DNA of 64,000 nt from Candidatus Latescibacterota bacterium (lineage in GTDB: Bacteria > Latescibacterota > UBA2968 > UBA8231), in assembly GCA_965215195.1 (NCBI GenBank), contig CBDCDC010000002.1:864001-928000 (forward strand). Direction: 5' to 3'. Under the pieces are notes generated by a model that was not told the DNA's origin, did not search any database, and was given only the letters and a program-made list of their open reading frames with translations. The position numbers and the translations under genes are program-made. Below, piece after piece: positions 28,516-39,337 of this stretch; the stretch's first letter is position 1, and every line of letters begins with the position of its first letter.

Positions 28516-30312
28516 TCAGGCTTCCATCTTGAGCGCGGCCAAAAACGCTTCTTGGGGAATTTCCACCTTCCCAAACTGCTTCATGCGCTTCTTGCCTTCC
28601 TTCTGCCTTTCGAGCAATTTGCGTTTGCGGGTCACATCACCGCCATAGCATTTGGCCGTCACATTTTTGCGGAACGGCTTGACCACCTCGCGGGCGATCA
28701 CCTTACTCCCCACCGCCCCTTGGATGACCACCTCAAACATCTGCCGTGGGATCAGCTCCTTGAGCTTAGTGCAGAGCTGCCGGCCCCACTCATAGGCCTT
28801 GTCTCGATGGATGATCACTGAGAGCGCGTCCAACGGCTCGCCGTTGATCATAATATCCAGCTTAGACAGCAGGCCGGCCCGCATCTCCAGATGCTCGTAA
28901 TCGAATGACGCATAGCCCCGCGACACCGACTTGAGGCGATCGTAGAAGTCGATCACTACTTCGGCTAAAGGCATCTCAAAGCTCAGGATGGCCCGGCTGC
29001 CGTCGAGATACTCGGTATTGCGATAGCTCCCGCGCCGGTCAGTGCAAATTCTCATCACTGCACCGATATAATCCCTCGGCACCAAGATCTGGACGGCGAG
29101 AATCGGCTCGCGCACCTCGTCGATCTCAGCGGCAGGCGGCAACAAGGAGGGATTGTCCACGTCGATCATTTGTCCGTCTTTGGTCAGAATCTCGTAGAGC
29201 ACATTGGGGAGGGTTGTGATGATTTCGACTTGGTACTCGCGGTCGAGACGCTCCTGTACGATCTCCATGTGCAGCAGGCCTAGGAAGCCGCAGCGAAAAC
29301 CAAATCCCAATGCTGGAGAGGTTTCCGGCTCATAGGAGAAAGCAGCGTCGTTGAGCTTGAGCCGTTCTAAGGCGTCGCGCAGCACCTCGTATTCCTCTGG
29401 GACAACGGGATAGAGACCGCTGAAAACCATGGGTTTGAGTGGTTGGTACCCGGACAACGGCTCTACTTCCATCGCTGCATCAACGACCGTATCACCGACG
29501 TGAGCCTCGGCCAGCTCTTTGATTCCAGCGATGAAATAGCCGACTTCACCGGTCTCAAGTGTTTGGGCCGGCACCCGATTTAAGACCAAGTGGCCGACTT
29601 CTTCGACTTCGTAGAGCCGTCCGGTGGAGTAGAAGCGAATTTTCTGCCCCTTGTGGATGAGCCCGTCAACGACTCGGATAAAGCAAATTACGCCTCGGTA
29701 CTGGTCGTAGAGCGAGTCAAAAACTAGTGCCCGCAACGGCCCCTGCTGACGCCCGGTCGGCGCTGGTATACGGTCGATAATGGCTTCCATCACCTCCTCG
29801 ACTCCAGTCCCCTCCTTGGCGCTGATTTGCAAAATATCCTCGGCTTCTCCCCCCAACAGATCGAGTACCTGCTGTTGCACCGCCGCGACCTGAGCAGCGG
29901 GCATATCGATTTTGTTGAGCACCGGAATGACGACCAAGTCGCTGTTTAGCGCCAATAGCAAATTGCTCACGGTCTGGGCTTCCACGCCTTGGGTGGCATC
30001 GACGACCAATATCGCCCCTTCGCAGGCGGCCAAACTACGCGACACCTCATAGGTAAAATCCACGTGTCCCGGCGTGTCGATCAAGTTGAATTGGCAGATT
30101 CTACCGTCGGCCGCCTGATGGTGCATTCGCACGGCATGGGCCTTGATTGTAATGCCCCGCTCGCGCTCTAAATCCATGTTGTCGAGTACCTGCTCCTGCA
30201 TCTGCTTGGCGGTCAGGGTCGCAGTTTTTTCAAGCAGGCGGTCCGCTAGCGTTGATTTGCCGTGATCAATGTGGGCAATGATGGAGAAATTGCGAATCTG
30301 CGCGATATCCAT
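28516..30312 (-). CDS. lepA: Elongation factor 4
   Basis: IRNFSIIAHIDHGKSTLADR, DTPGHVDF, AKCYGGDVTRKRKLLE. Confidence 0.98.
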   Translation of the reverse strand: MDIAQIRNFSIIAHIDHGKSTLADRLLEKTATLTAKQMQEQVLDNMDLERERGITIKAHAVRMHHQAADGRICQFNLIDTPGHVDFTYEVSRSLAACEGAILVVDATQGVEAQTVSNLLLALNSDLVVIPVLNKIDMPAAQVAAVQQQVLDLLGGEAEDILQISAKEGTGVEEVMEAIIDRIPAPTGRQQGPLRALVFDSLYDQYRGVICFIRVVDGLIHKGQKIRFYSTGRLYEVEEVGHLVLNRVPAQTLETGEVGYFIAGIKELAEAHVGDTVVDAAMEVEPLSGYQPLKPMVFSGLYPVVPEEYEVLRDALERLKLNDAAFSYEPETSPALGFGFRCGFLGLLHMEIVQERLDREYQVEIITTLPNVLYEILTKDGQMIDVDNPSLLPPAAEIDEVREPILAVQILVPRDYIGAVMRICTDRRGSYRNTEYLDGSRAILSFEMPLAEVVIDFYDRLKSVSRGYASFDYEHLEMRAGLLSKLDIMINGEPLDALSVIIHRDKAYEWGRQLCTKLKELIPRQMFEVVIQGAVGSKVIAREVVKPFRKNVTAKCYGGDVTRKRKLLERQKEGKKRMKQFGKVEIPQEAFLAALKMEA

Positions 30313-30355
30313 ACAGTTTAGTCGGTAAGATTAGTTCGAAGAACTCGGCAAGCAG

Positions 30356-30994
30356 TCAAGAGATGCGCTGGCGATATAGACTTTTGTCGACCACGCTAGC
30401 CATTTGCCGCACATCTAAGGGGAGAGCGAGAAAGGTCTTGATCTCGCGACTCGTGGCAAGCGGGTCGCGCAAGACAGCGGCGTAGTTGACATAGAGCACC
30501 TCCATTTGCGGGTGCTCCGCCAACCATTGTTGCACTGCACTCAAGTGCCGAACGAAAGCGGCGGCCATCTCGGCATCCGAAATCTGATCGCAGGGCTGTC
30601 CTCGCCGCGCCAACATCGCCCGCTGCGAAGCTAAAATCTCGTCCATTTTCCGGAGGGCGAATACTATTTTGTACCGCTTGTGGACCGGCAATTGGTCGAG
30701 TAATTGGGATATGACCTTGACGGCTTTACCTTTCGCCGATTCGAGCCATGTAGTGTCTTTTTTTAGCTGCTTGACCTTCTCGAATTCGTAATACCCCCCG
30801 GGATTGTCGGCGTCGGCCGTGCGAATGCCATCTGTTAGAGGCGGCAAGCCGCCTGCATCCAACATCTTCATCAGCATTGAGGTACCAGAACGGGGCAGAC
30901 CGGACACAATAGTTATGTACTCGTCCGGCTGTAGAAGTGAGGTAGGATGAGAATGCAAAGTAGAGAAGAGACGGGCCACAACACGATACGACAC
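30356..30994 (-). CDS. Sulfotransferase family protein
   Basis: IVSGLPRSGTSMLM PAPS-binding loop, NPGGYYE. True start probably a little downstream. Confidence 0.85.
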   Translation of the reverse strand: MSYRVVARLFSTLHSHPTSLLQPDEYITIVSGLPRSGTSMLMKMLDAGGLPPLTDGIRTADADNPGGYYEFEKVKQLKKDTTWLESAKGKAVKVISQLLDQLPVHKRYKIVFALRKMDEILASQRAMLARRGQPCDQISDAEMAAAFVRHLSAVQQWLAEHPQMEVLYVNYAAVLRDPLATSREIKTFLALPLDVRQMASVVDKSLYRQRIS

Positions 30995-31030
30995 ACGCTT
31001 CCAAAGCCTAGCTCCGGAAGCGTGTGTCGT
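30988..31030. terminator. 15-bp inverted repeat downstream of the autotransporter gene
   Basis: ACGACACACGCTTCC-13 nt-GGAAGCGTGTGTCGT; no clear T-run. Confidence 0.55.
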
Positions 31031-31051
31031 GTGCTACATGGTGTGAATCAA

Positions 31052-34000
31052 TTAAAAGACCAGACGTCCACGCAACAGGAGGCCGTGCTCAGCGGTGCTG
31101 GCCATGCGCTGCCAGCGCGTACTCTCAAGGCTCACTGACAGCGACGAATCCACCTCAAAGCGCGTACCTAAGCGCAACTGCATTTGCGCTGGTGCTTGAG
31201 TCATCCCGCTGTACACAGTGTACAATCCCCGACCACCGGGCGCGGCTAAACCATAGCCAACCTCGGCTCTGAGCTGGCCTTGCGCGTTCACAGTACCCCG
31301 GTCCGCTATCTCGGCTACACTGCGTTCCCACAGCGTCAGGCTGTTCGCCTGCGTACCGTAGGTTGGCATCACCCGCAACGACAACCCTCGACCCCCGGTG
31401 CCAGCCGAGCGCTGGAGCAGCAAATGCGCTCCCCATTCTTTATACTCGACCTCGTCGTCGCCGTCACTTACCAGACTCCTCGCCATAGCTGCCAGCGTGA
31501 AGCCACCTCCCTCATAGCGCAGGCCACCGCCAACTTCTACGCCGGCCCCGGTCTGTCCGTCGCCGCCATCTTGGCGCAGGGCAACCTCTAACTCGGGGGT
31601 CACCTGCCCATCCATACCCGCTTCGTAAGCATGGGAACCTTTGAGTGCCAGCCTCAAGCGGTTAGCACTCACCGTCTGTTCGGCGATCCGGTTTCCTTTT
31701 CCATTCTCGACTGCTCCACCCTCGACTTCGACCTGTGCTACAGTAGCAGCAGCCTTGATCCGCAACTGAGTTGGCCCGCTAGCGAGCAAGTCACCGCTAG
31801 CCCCTACACTTGCAGTCCGCAGCGACGTATCGCTCGACTGCTGGCCTACGGTTCCCTGTTCGTCGTCAATATCGAGGTTGCCGCGCCCTAAGCCCGCTGT
31901 CAACCAGACCCCCAACCGCCCCGGCGAGAACCCGACATAAGGATGCAGGCTCAACATGCGGGTCGTATAAGTACCGTCGACTCGCTCTTCGCCGAGCAAC
32001 GGGGCGTTGTAATCGAACGACCCGTTAGCCCAAGACAGCGCTAAACCTGTTAGCATCTCGGCACCTGGCCGGGCGTCCAAACCAATCTGAGCACGGGTTA
32101 GATTGCCGTCCCAATCCAGCGAACCGTCGTCGCTAGACATTCGGCCGTAGTCTCCCCGGCCCCAGAATGTAGGACTGCCGGGACAAACAATGCATCCCCT
32201 ACCGAAACCGAACGGCACCGCGAAAGACGATCCATTCACAACCTGTGACAGATTGACTGGGCGATTCTCAAAGATCCGACCGGATTGAATCATGTCGTGG
32301 AGGGTAGACTCGGCGGCGAAGCTAAAAGACTTATTCACATCGCCGACTCTGTCCATTTGCTCAAGGCGATTTTCGATGGAGCGATTCGTTCCATCGGCAA
32401 TAGCCAATGCGTATTTGGACAAGATCTGTTCGTTGAGCTCCGCAAAACGGTCCGTCGCCGATTCTTCCACTCGGACCTCGAAGCTGAGGATAGCTGCGTC
32501 CTCAGCAGTCATATTGTCGTCGGCGTCGTGGGCAGTATACGTCAACGTATACGTTCCGACCTCCGTCGGTGTGCCCGAAAGCATCGGCGACATAGGGTTG
32601 GGATCAAACGTCAGACCCGGGGGCACGTTATCTAGGGTATACATCAACTCGCCGAACACGGCCTCGTCATCCGGATTTAGCGAGAGCAAGTTGCCACCCG
32701 AAGCCAAGGGCAACACCAAGTCTTCAATCGCCTCGCCTTCTATGTACGTTTGGTTGGCCACGTCCCCGCTAAAGTTGGGCGCACCATCTACCGTTATGTG
32801 AAAGGTCAACTCAGCCGAATCGCCATCGATATCCTCCACCTGGTAAACCAAGCGATACACGCCAGTGTGCGTCGGCGTACCCGAAAGCGTCCGAGACGCA
32901 GCGTCGAAGTTCAGACCCGGCACATTCATATCTAAACTATATGTCAAGTCGCCGTTGCCGCCCGAAGCCGCAGGCAATTCCCACGAATCCATCGCCTCAT
33001 TCTGACGCAAGATTCGATCCTCAATGGTCGCGTCGAAAAAGGTAGGTGTACCGTCGACTGTCAGGAAGAAGCTCAACTCAGCCGAATCGCCATCCTCATC
33101 TTCCACCCGATACGTCAACTCATAGCCCTCGGCAGGATGCGACACATGAAGCTCCGGCGTACCCGAAAGCGTCCGAGCCTCGGCATCAAACACCAGACCT
33201 GGAGGCAAATTTTCCTCATTCAAGCTATACGTCAAGTCGCCGTTGCCGCCCAAAGCCGCAGGCAACTCCAACGGGGCCATCTCCTCCCCTTCAGGAACCC
33301 TCTGATTCGTAATAGTTCCCTCAAAGAAGGGCATACCATTCACCGCAATCGTGAAGGTCAACGGCTCAGGCTCTTCGCCATCCACATCCGCCACCCGATA
33401 CGTCAACGCATACCCCTCGGGAGAATACGACACATTAGGCGACAACTCACCCGAAAGCGTCCGAGACGTAGGATTAAACGCCAGCCCCGGAGGCAAATCC
33501 CCATCCAAGAAATACGTCAACGCCACATTACCACCCACCGCCGCCGGCAACTCCAAGCTCACCGCCTCACCCGCCGGATACTGCTGGTCTTCCACCTCCT
33601 GCACGAAGCTGGGTATGCCATTCACCGCAATCGTGAAATTCAACGTCACCGCATCCCCATCCACATCCGACACCCCATACGTCAACCCATACCCCTCGGC
33701 AACATACAAGTAATCGGCCGGCAGCGTACCCGAAAGCGTCCGAGACGCCGCATCAAACGCCAGCCCCGGCGGCAACTCCCCAACCAACGCATACGTCAAC
33801 GCGCCATTGCCACCGGCCGCCGCCGGCAACGACAGATCGACCGCCTCGCCAGCCTCGTAGCTCTGGTCGGCTACCACCTGAGTGCCGAAGCTGGGCATAC
33901 CATGCACCACTAGCGTGAAGGACAACGGAGCCGGCCCTTCCCCATCCTGATCCTGCACCGAGTACTCCAACACATAGCCCTCGCTCTCGGCAGCATACGT

Positions 34001-37000
34001 TGCATCCGCCGACAGCGTACCCGAAAGCGTCCGAGACGCCGCATCATAGGTCAGTCCTTCCGGCAACGGCCCGACCAACGCATACGTCAACTGGCCGTTG
34101 CCACCCGAAGCCGAGGGCAACACCCAAGGATCTATCGTTTGGCCTTCGGCAAAGGTGACTTGACGCGACACGGTTTCGTCGAAGCGGGGCATCCCATTCA
34201 CCCGAAGCGTGAACTCCAACGGAGCCGGCTCTTCGCCATCCACATCTGCCACCCGATACGTCAACCCATACCCCTCGGCAGCATACGACGCATATTCCGG
34301 CGGCGTACCCGAAAGCGTCCGCGTCGCCGGATCAAACGTCAGACCCGACGGCAACACTCCATCCAAGCGATACGTCAACGCCACATTGCCACCCACCGCC
34401 GCCGGCAACTCCAAGCTCACCGCCTCACCCGCCGGATACTGCTGGTCTTCCACCTCCTGCACGAAGCTGGGTATGCCATTCACCGCAATCGTGAAATTCA
34501 ACGTCACCGCATCCCCATCCACATCTGCCACCCCATACGTCAACCCATACCCCTCGGCATACGTTGCATCCGCCGGCAGCATACCCGAAAGCGTCGGAGG
34601 CGCGGAATCAGCATCAAACGTCAGCCCCGGCGGCAACACTCCGTCCAAGCGATACGTCAACGCGCCGTTGCCACCCACCGCCGCCGGCAACGGCAGATCG
34701 ACCGCCTCGCCAGCCTCGTAGCTCTGGTCGGCTACCACCTGAGTGCCGAAGCTGGGCATACCATGCACCACTAGCGTGAAGGACAACGGAGCCGGCCCTT
34801 CCCCATCCTGATCCTGCACCGAGTACTCCAACACATAGCCCTCGCTCTCGGCAGCATACGTTGCATCCGCCGACAGCGTACCCGAAAGCGTCCGAGACGC
34901 CGCATCATAGGTCAGTCCTTCCGGCAACGGCCCGACCAACGCATACGTCAACTGGCCGTTGCCACCCGAAGCCGAGGGCAACACCCAAGGATCTATCGTT
35001 TGGCCTTCGGCAAAGGTGACTTGACGCGACACGGTTTCGTCGAAGCGGGGCATCCCATTCACCCGAAGCGTGAACTCCAACGGAGCCGGCTCTTCGCCAT
35101 CCACATCTGCCACCCGATACGTCAACCCATACCCCTCGGCAGCATACGACGCATATTCCGGCGGCGTACCCGAAAGCGTCCGCGTCGCCGGATCAAACGT
35201 CAGACCCGACGGCAACACTCCATCCAAGCGATACGTCAACGCCACATTGCCACCCACCGCCGCCGGCAACTCCAAGCTCACCGCCTCACCCGCCGGATAT
35301 TGCTGGTCTTCCACCTCCTGCACGAAGCTGGGTATGCCATTCACCGCAATCGTGAAATTCAACGTCACCGCATCCCCATCCACATCTGCCACCCCATACG
35401 TCAACCCATACCCCTCGGCATACGTTGCATCCGCCGGCAGCATACCCGAAAGCGTCGGAGGCGCGGAATCAGCATCAAACGTCAGCCCCGGCGGCAACAC
35501 TCCGTCCAAGCGATACGTCAACGCGCCGTTGCCACCCACCGCCGCCGGCAACGGCAGATCGACCGCCTCGCCAGCCTCGTAGCTCTGGTCGGCTACCACC
35601 TGAGTGCCGAAGCTGGGCATACCATGCACCACTAGCGTGAAGGACAACGGAGCCGGCCCTTCCCCATCCTGATCCTGCACCGAGTACTCCAACACATAGC
35701 CCTCGCTCTCGGCAGCATACGTTGCATCCGCCGACAGCGTACCCGAAAGCGTCCGAGACGCCGCATCATAGGTCAGTCCTTCCGGCAACGGCCCGACCAA
35801 CGCATACGTCAACTGGCCGTTGCCACCCGAAGCCGAGGGCAACACCCAAGGATCTATCGTTTGGCCTTCGGCAAAGGTGACTTGACGCGACACGGTTTCG
35901 TCGAAGCGGGGCATCCCATTCACCCGAAGCGTGAACTCCAACGGAGCCGGCTCCTCGCCATCCACATCTGCCACCCGATACGTCAACCCATACCCCTCGG
36001 CAGCATACGACGCATATTCCGGCGGCGTACCCGAAAGCGTCCGCGTCGCCGGATCAAACACCAGCCCCGCCGGCAACACTCCGTCCAAGCGATACGTCCG
36101 CGCCACATTACCACCCACCGCCGCCGGCAACTCCAAGCTCACCGCCTCACCCGCCGGATACTGCTGGTCTTCCGCCTCCCGCACGAAGCTGGGTATGCCA
36201 TTCACCGCAATCGTGAAATTCAACGTCACCGCATCCCCATCCACATCCGACACCCCATACGTCAACCCATATGCCTTGGCAGCATATAACACATCTTGCG
36301 GCAGCATACCCGAAATTGTCCGAGTCGCGGCATCAAACTCCAGCTCCCCAGGCAACTCCCCATCCAAGGTATAGGTCAACTCCACATTCCCACCTGCCGC
36401 CTTCGGCAACTCTAAGGTCTCCACATTGCCTGTGCCTGCCGTGTACATCTGATTGGCTACCCGACCACTGAAGCTGGGCTTGCCATTCACTACTATCGTG
36501 AAGTCCAAAGTAGCCTCATCCTCGTCCGCATCCTTCACCACCAACGTCAACAGGTATTCAGCTTTATACAACCTGTAAGCCGATGGCGTACCCGATAGTG
36601 TTCGAGTCGCGGCATCAAACTTTAGAAAACTCAGCTCAGACGTCTGATTACCGGACAAGCTGTACGTCAACTCTACGTTGCCGCCATCCGCATCCGGCAA
36701 AGTCAAGCTCATTTCCTCGCCCGCCGGATACGACGGCTTGGCGTCCACGGTCTTGTCGTCGCCGAAGCTGGGCATGCCATCCACCACTATCGTGAAGGGC
36801 AACTCAGCAAAATCGCCATCGGCATCCCACACCTCCAACGTCAATGCATATGACTCGGCATACACCACCTCGGGCGGCGGCGTACCCGAAATCTCCCGCT
36901 TAGCGGGGTCGTCATCAAACTCCAGCCCCGGAGGCAGTTCCCCTTTCAGGCGATACTCCCATATCACATTCCCGCCTGTCGGCTCCGGCAAAGTCAAGCT

Positions 37001-38569
37001 CATCGCTACGTCCGTCTGATACGGCTCCTGCGGCACCTCCACGGTTTTGCCGTCGAAGCTGGGCTTGCCATCCACCACTATCGTGAAGGGCAACGGAGCA
37101 GACTCATCGCCATCGACATCCGTCACCCGATACGTGAACGCATATTTCTCGTCATACAAGAAATCAGCCGGCGGCATACCCGAAATCGTCCGAGCCTCGG
37201 CATCAAACATCAGACCCGGAGGCAACTCCCCGTCCAAACTATACGTCAACTTCACATTTCCGCCCGAAGCCTCTGGCAGACCTAAGCTCACCTCATCGCC
37301 CGCCGTGTACATCTGGTCTTCCACGACCTGGTCGCCGAAGCTGGGCATACCATTCACCACAATCGTGAAGCTCAACTCAGCCGAATCGCCATCGGAATCC
37401 ACCGCCCGATATGTGAACGGATATGACTCGGCATACAAGAAATTAGCTGGCGGCGTACCCGAAATCGTCCGAGACGACGGATCAAACACCAGACCCGGAG
37501 GCAACTCCCCGATCAAGGTATACGTTAGAGTGTCGGTAGACCGACCCACTGGCAACTCCCAAGGCTGTTTTATCTCTTCGCCTGCAGTAAAGGTTGTTTG
37601 ACGCGCAGTGACCGCCGCGAAGGTCAGCTCTACATAGACGATAAAGGTCAATTCCTCCGCGTCGCTCTCCTCCACATTGGTATCGGAATCCTCTACCCGG
37701 TAGATCATTTCATACGTCCCGGCTACGGTCGGCGTACCCGAAAGCGTAAGCGACGCAGCATCAAACGTCAGACCTGGCACCTCCGGTGACAAGCTGTATC
37801 TCGGAGGTTCCTCATACTCTCCCACCGAAGCCGAAGGCAATTCCAGAACTCCTATATCATCGCCTGTCCGGTACGACTGATCAGGAACCGTCGCCCCCTC
37901 AAAGCTCGGCATCGTATCGACTTCTATCTCGAATGTCAAGGTAGCCGTATCGCCATCGGCATCCGTCACTTCGTAGGTCATCAGGGAAATAGCCACTTCC
38001 GAAGGCGTACCCGAAAGCGTCCGAGACGCCGCATCGAATGCCAATCCCGGAGGCACAGGCCTTAAATCATACGTCAAATCGCCGTTACCACCCGAAGCCG
38101 CGGGCAACTCCAAAGCCTCTATCACCACCCCTGCCGAGTACATCTGATCGGAAACCGTCGCCCCGTCAAAGGTCGGCTCTACATCCTCCTCTTCCACTAA
38201 AATATTGAATGTCAAGGTAGCCGTATCGCCATCGGCATCCGCCACTTCGTAGGTCATCAGGGAAATAGCCACTTCCGAAGGCGTACCCGAAAGCGTCCGA
38301 GACGCCGCATCGAATGCCAATCCCGGAGGCACAGGCCTTAAATCATACGTCAAATCGCCGTTACCACCCGAAGCCGCGGGCAACTCCAAAGCCTCTATCA
38401 CCACCCCTGCCGAGTACATCTGATCGGAAACCGTCGCCCCGTCAAAGGTCGGTGTGTCCTGGGCCTCAGCTACCGGGGCCAACACCAAGGCGGCCGCCAG
38501 CAAGGGCATACTCAGGTAAAACAGCGATCTATTCCAAAAAAATCTGTTACTAACTGCACACCCGCTCAT
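31052..38569 (-). CDS. Large autotransporter/adhesin with about 21 putative Ig (He_PIG-like) repeats
   Basis: Signal peptide; 21 counted copies of LPxGLxFD..RTLSG with DxDG motifs; C-terminal beta-barrel-like region ending in F. Confidence 0.9.
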   Translation of the reverse strand: MSGCAVSNRFFWNRSLFYLSMPLLAAALVLAPVAEAQDTPTFDGATVSDQMYSAGVVIEALELPAASGGNGDLTYDLRPVPPGLAFDAASRTLSGTPSEVAISLMTYEVADADGDTATLTFNILVEEEDVEPTFDGATVSDQMYSAGVVIEALELPAASGGNGDLTYDLRPVPPGLAFDAASRTLSGTPSEVAISLMTYEVTDADGDTATLTFEIEVDTMPSFEGATVPDQSYRTGDDIGVLELPSASVGEYEEPPRYSLSPEVPGLTFDAASLTLSGTPTVAGTYEMIYRVEDSDTNVEESDAEELTFIVYVELTFAAVTARQTTFTAGEEIKQPWELPVGRSTDTLTYTLIGELPPGLVFDPSSRTISGTPPANFLYAESYPFTYRAVDSDGDSAELSFTIVVNGMPSFGDQVVEDQMYTAGDEVSLGLPEASGGNVKLTYSLDGELPPGLMFDAEARTISGMPPADFLYDEKYAFTYRVTDVDGDESAPLPFTIVVDGKPSFDGKTVEVPQEPYQTDVAMSLTLPEPTGGNVIWEYRLKGELPPGLEFDDDPAKREISGTPPPEVVYAESYALTLEVWDADGDFAELPFTIVVDGMPSFGDDKTVDAKPSYPAGEEMSLTLPDADGGNVELTYSLSGNQTSELSFLKFDAATRTLSGTPSAYRLYKAEYLLTLVVKDADEDEATLDFTIVVNGKPSFSGRVANQMYTAGTGNVETLELPKAAGGNVELTYTLDGELPGELEFDAATRTISGMLPQDVLYAAKAYGLTYGVSDVDGDAVTLNFTIAVNGIPSFVREAEDQQYPAGEAVSLELPAAVGGNVARTYRLDGVLPAGLVFDPATRTLSGTPPEYASYAAEGYGLTYRVADVDGEEPAPLEFTLRVNGMPRFDETVSRQVTFAEGQTIDPWVLPSASGGNGQLTYALVGPLPEGLTYDAASRTLSGTLSADATYAAESEGYVLEYSVQDQDGEGPAPLSFTLVVHGMPSFGTQVVADQSYEAGEAVDLPLPAAVGGNGALTYRLDGVLPPGLTFDADSAPPTLSGMLPADATYAEGYGLTYGVADVDGDAVTLNFTIAVNGIPSFVQEVEDQQYPAGEAVSLELPAAVGGNVALTYRLDGVLPSGLTFDPATRTLSGTPPEYASYAAEGYGLTYRVADVDGEEPAPLEFTLRVNGMPRFDETVSRQVTFAEGQTIDPWVLPSASGGNGQLTYALVGPLPEGLTYDAASRTLSGTLSADATYAAESEGYVLEYSVQDQDGEGPAPLSFTLVVHGMPSFGTQVVADQSYEAGEAVDLPLPAAVGGNGALTYRLDGVLPPGLTFDADSAPPTLSGMLPADATYAEGYGLTYGVADVDGDAVTLNFTIAVNGIPSFVQEVEDQQYPAGEAVSLELPAAVGGNVALTYRLDGVLPSGLTFDPATRTLSGTPPEYASYAAEGYGLTYRVADVDGEEPAPLEFTLRVNGMPRFDETVSRQVTFAEGQTIDPWVLPSASGGNGQLTYALVGPLPEGLTYDAASRTLSGTLSADATYAAESEGYVLEYSVQDQDGEGPAPLSFTLVVHGMPSFGTQVVADQSYEAGEAVDLSLPAAAGGNGALTYALVGELPPGLAFDAASRTLSGTLPADYLYVAEGYGLTYGVSDVDGDAVTLNFTIAVNGIPSFVQEVEDQQYPAGEAVSLELPAAVGGNVALTYFLDGDLPPGLAFNPTSRTLSGELSPNVSYSPEGYALTYRVADVDGEEPEPLTFTIAVNGMPFFEGTITNQRVPEGEEMAPLELPAALGGNGDLTYSLNEENLPPGLVFDAEARTLSGTPELHVSHPAEGYELTYRVEDEDGDSAELSFFLTVDGTPTFFDATIEDRILRQNEAMDSWELPAASGGNGDLTYSLDMNVPGLNFDAASRTLSGTPTHTGVYRLVYQVEDIDGDSAELTFHITVDGAPNFSGDVANQTYIEGEAIEDLVLPLASGGNLLSLNPDDEAVFGELMYTLDNVPPGLTFDPNPMSPMLSGTPTEVGTYTLTYTAHDADDNMTAEDAAILSFEVRVEESATDRFAELNEQILSKYALAIADGTNRSIENRLEQMDRVGDVNKSFSFAAESTLHDMIQSGRIFENRPVNLSQVVNGSSFAVPFGFGRGCIVCPGSPTFWGRGDYGRMSSDDGSLDWDGNLTRAQIGLDARPGAEMLTGLALSWANGSFDYNAPLLGEERVDGTYTTRMLSLHPYVGFSPGRLGVWLTAGLGRGNLDIDDEQGTVGQQSSDTSLRTASVGASGDLLASGPTQLRIKAAATVAQVEVEGGAVENGKGNRIAEQTVSANRLRLALKGSHAYEAGMDGQVTPELEVALRQDGGDGQTGAGVEVGGGLRYEGGGFTLAAMARSLVSDGDDEVEYKEWGAHLLLQRSAGTGGRGLSLRVMPTYGTQANSLTLWERSVAEIADRGTVNAQGQLRAEVGYGLAAPGGRGLYTVYSGMTQAPAQMQLRLGTRFEVDSSLSVSLESTRWQRMASTAEHGLLLRGRLVF
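33380..36270. repeat. Near-identical 861-bp tandem repeat (about 3.3 copies; 287 aa = three Ig units)
   Basis: Matching antisense ORFs recur at 34139, 35000 and 35861. Core copies start near 33833, 34694 and 35555; boundaries approximate. Confidence 0.93.
37931..38452. repeat. 276-bp-period duplication (first two Ig units)
   Basis: GAATGTCAAGGTAGCCGTATCG at 37931 and 38207; protein repeat PTFDGATVSDQMYSAG...DTATLTF. Confidence 0.9.
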
Positions 38570-38863
38570 AATTGACCCTCCAATAGAGATTTAAGTTTTA
38601 AGTTTAGGTTGTAGCGCAACTTTGTGCGCTAGACCGCCGCCTCGCCGCTCTAAGGCCGCAACCACCTCAATCACCACCGCGCTCATTGTGCTCCTCTCCT
38701 TTAGCGACCCTTAAAAATAAATATAAATAATAGTTTAACTGAAGAGCGTGTAGAGAAGCCCGAGATCGTTTCGCGTACTCAATACAAAATACGCATCTAA
38801 TACCCAGGATGCAAGAGATAGTTTCTAAACCACATGGCCTATCAGCACCTAGTGTCAAAAAGA

Positions 38864-39337
38864 TCAAGGTTTGGCAAAAAGAGGAAGATTATGGCGCAAC
38901 TCGGCTTCCAACTTGCTGTGGCAAGAGGGGCAAACCGAAATCAGATGTTCCAGCTTATTGGCCTCTATATTGGAAGAGAAATTGCGATAGGGGATTTTGT
39001 GATGTACGTCGAGCTGACGCCCCAGTTCCTCTTCGCTGACCCCGCATACTTGGCAGATAAAGCCATCGCGCGTCCGCGCCTTTAGCGCTTGGAGCGCCCA
39101 ATTGGCCCCCCGCCGCTTGGATGTCGCCCCCAAGCAAACCTCTAACGAAGGCATAGACTCTGTCCAAGCTCGGCGGCAGGACGCATCACAAAAATGCAAC
39201 TGAGCTTGGCCCGCATACCAAGCCGGCACCTCAATCTCTAGCCGACAGTATGCACACTGCGCGGCAATCTGCTCATTGCCGCCAGCCGGGCACCGCTCGC
39301 CAAAATCAAACCCCATCTGATCGCTAGAGGAAGACAT
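38864..39337 (-). CDS. HNH endonuclease with N-terminal zinc-binding motif
   Basis: CAYC...FCDASC; RDGFICQVCG...LDVHHKIP...N...LISVCPSCH. Confidence 0.88.
   Translation of the reverse strand: MSSSSDQMGFDFGERCPAGGNEQIAAQCAYCRLEIEVPAWYAGQAQLHFCDASCRRAWTESMPSLEVCLGATSKRRGANWALQALKARTRDGFICQVCGVSEEELGRQLDVHHKIPYRNFSSNIEANKLEHLISVCPSCHSKLEAELRHNLPLFAKP

Noticed and set aside
33137-36374. Repeated plus-strand ORFs (211, 170 and 71 aa)
   Set aside because: Antisense shadows of the autotransporter repeats.
33380-38452. CRISPR array or DGR template/variable repeat pair
   Set aside because: The repeats are long, in-frame coding units with no spacers, no adenine-specific divergence, and no cas or RT gene.
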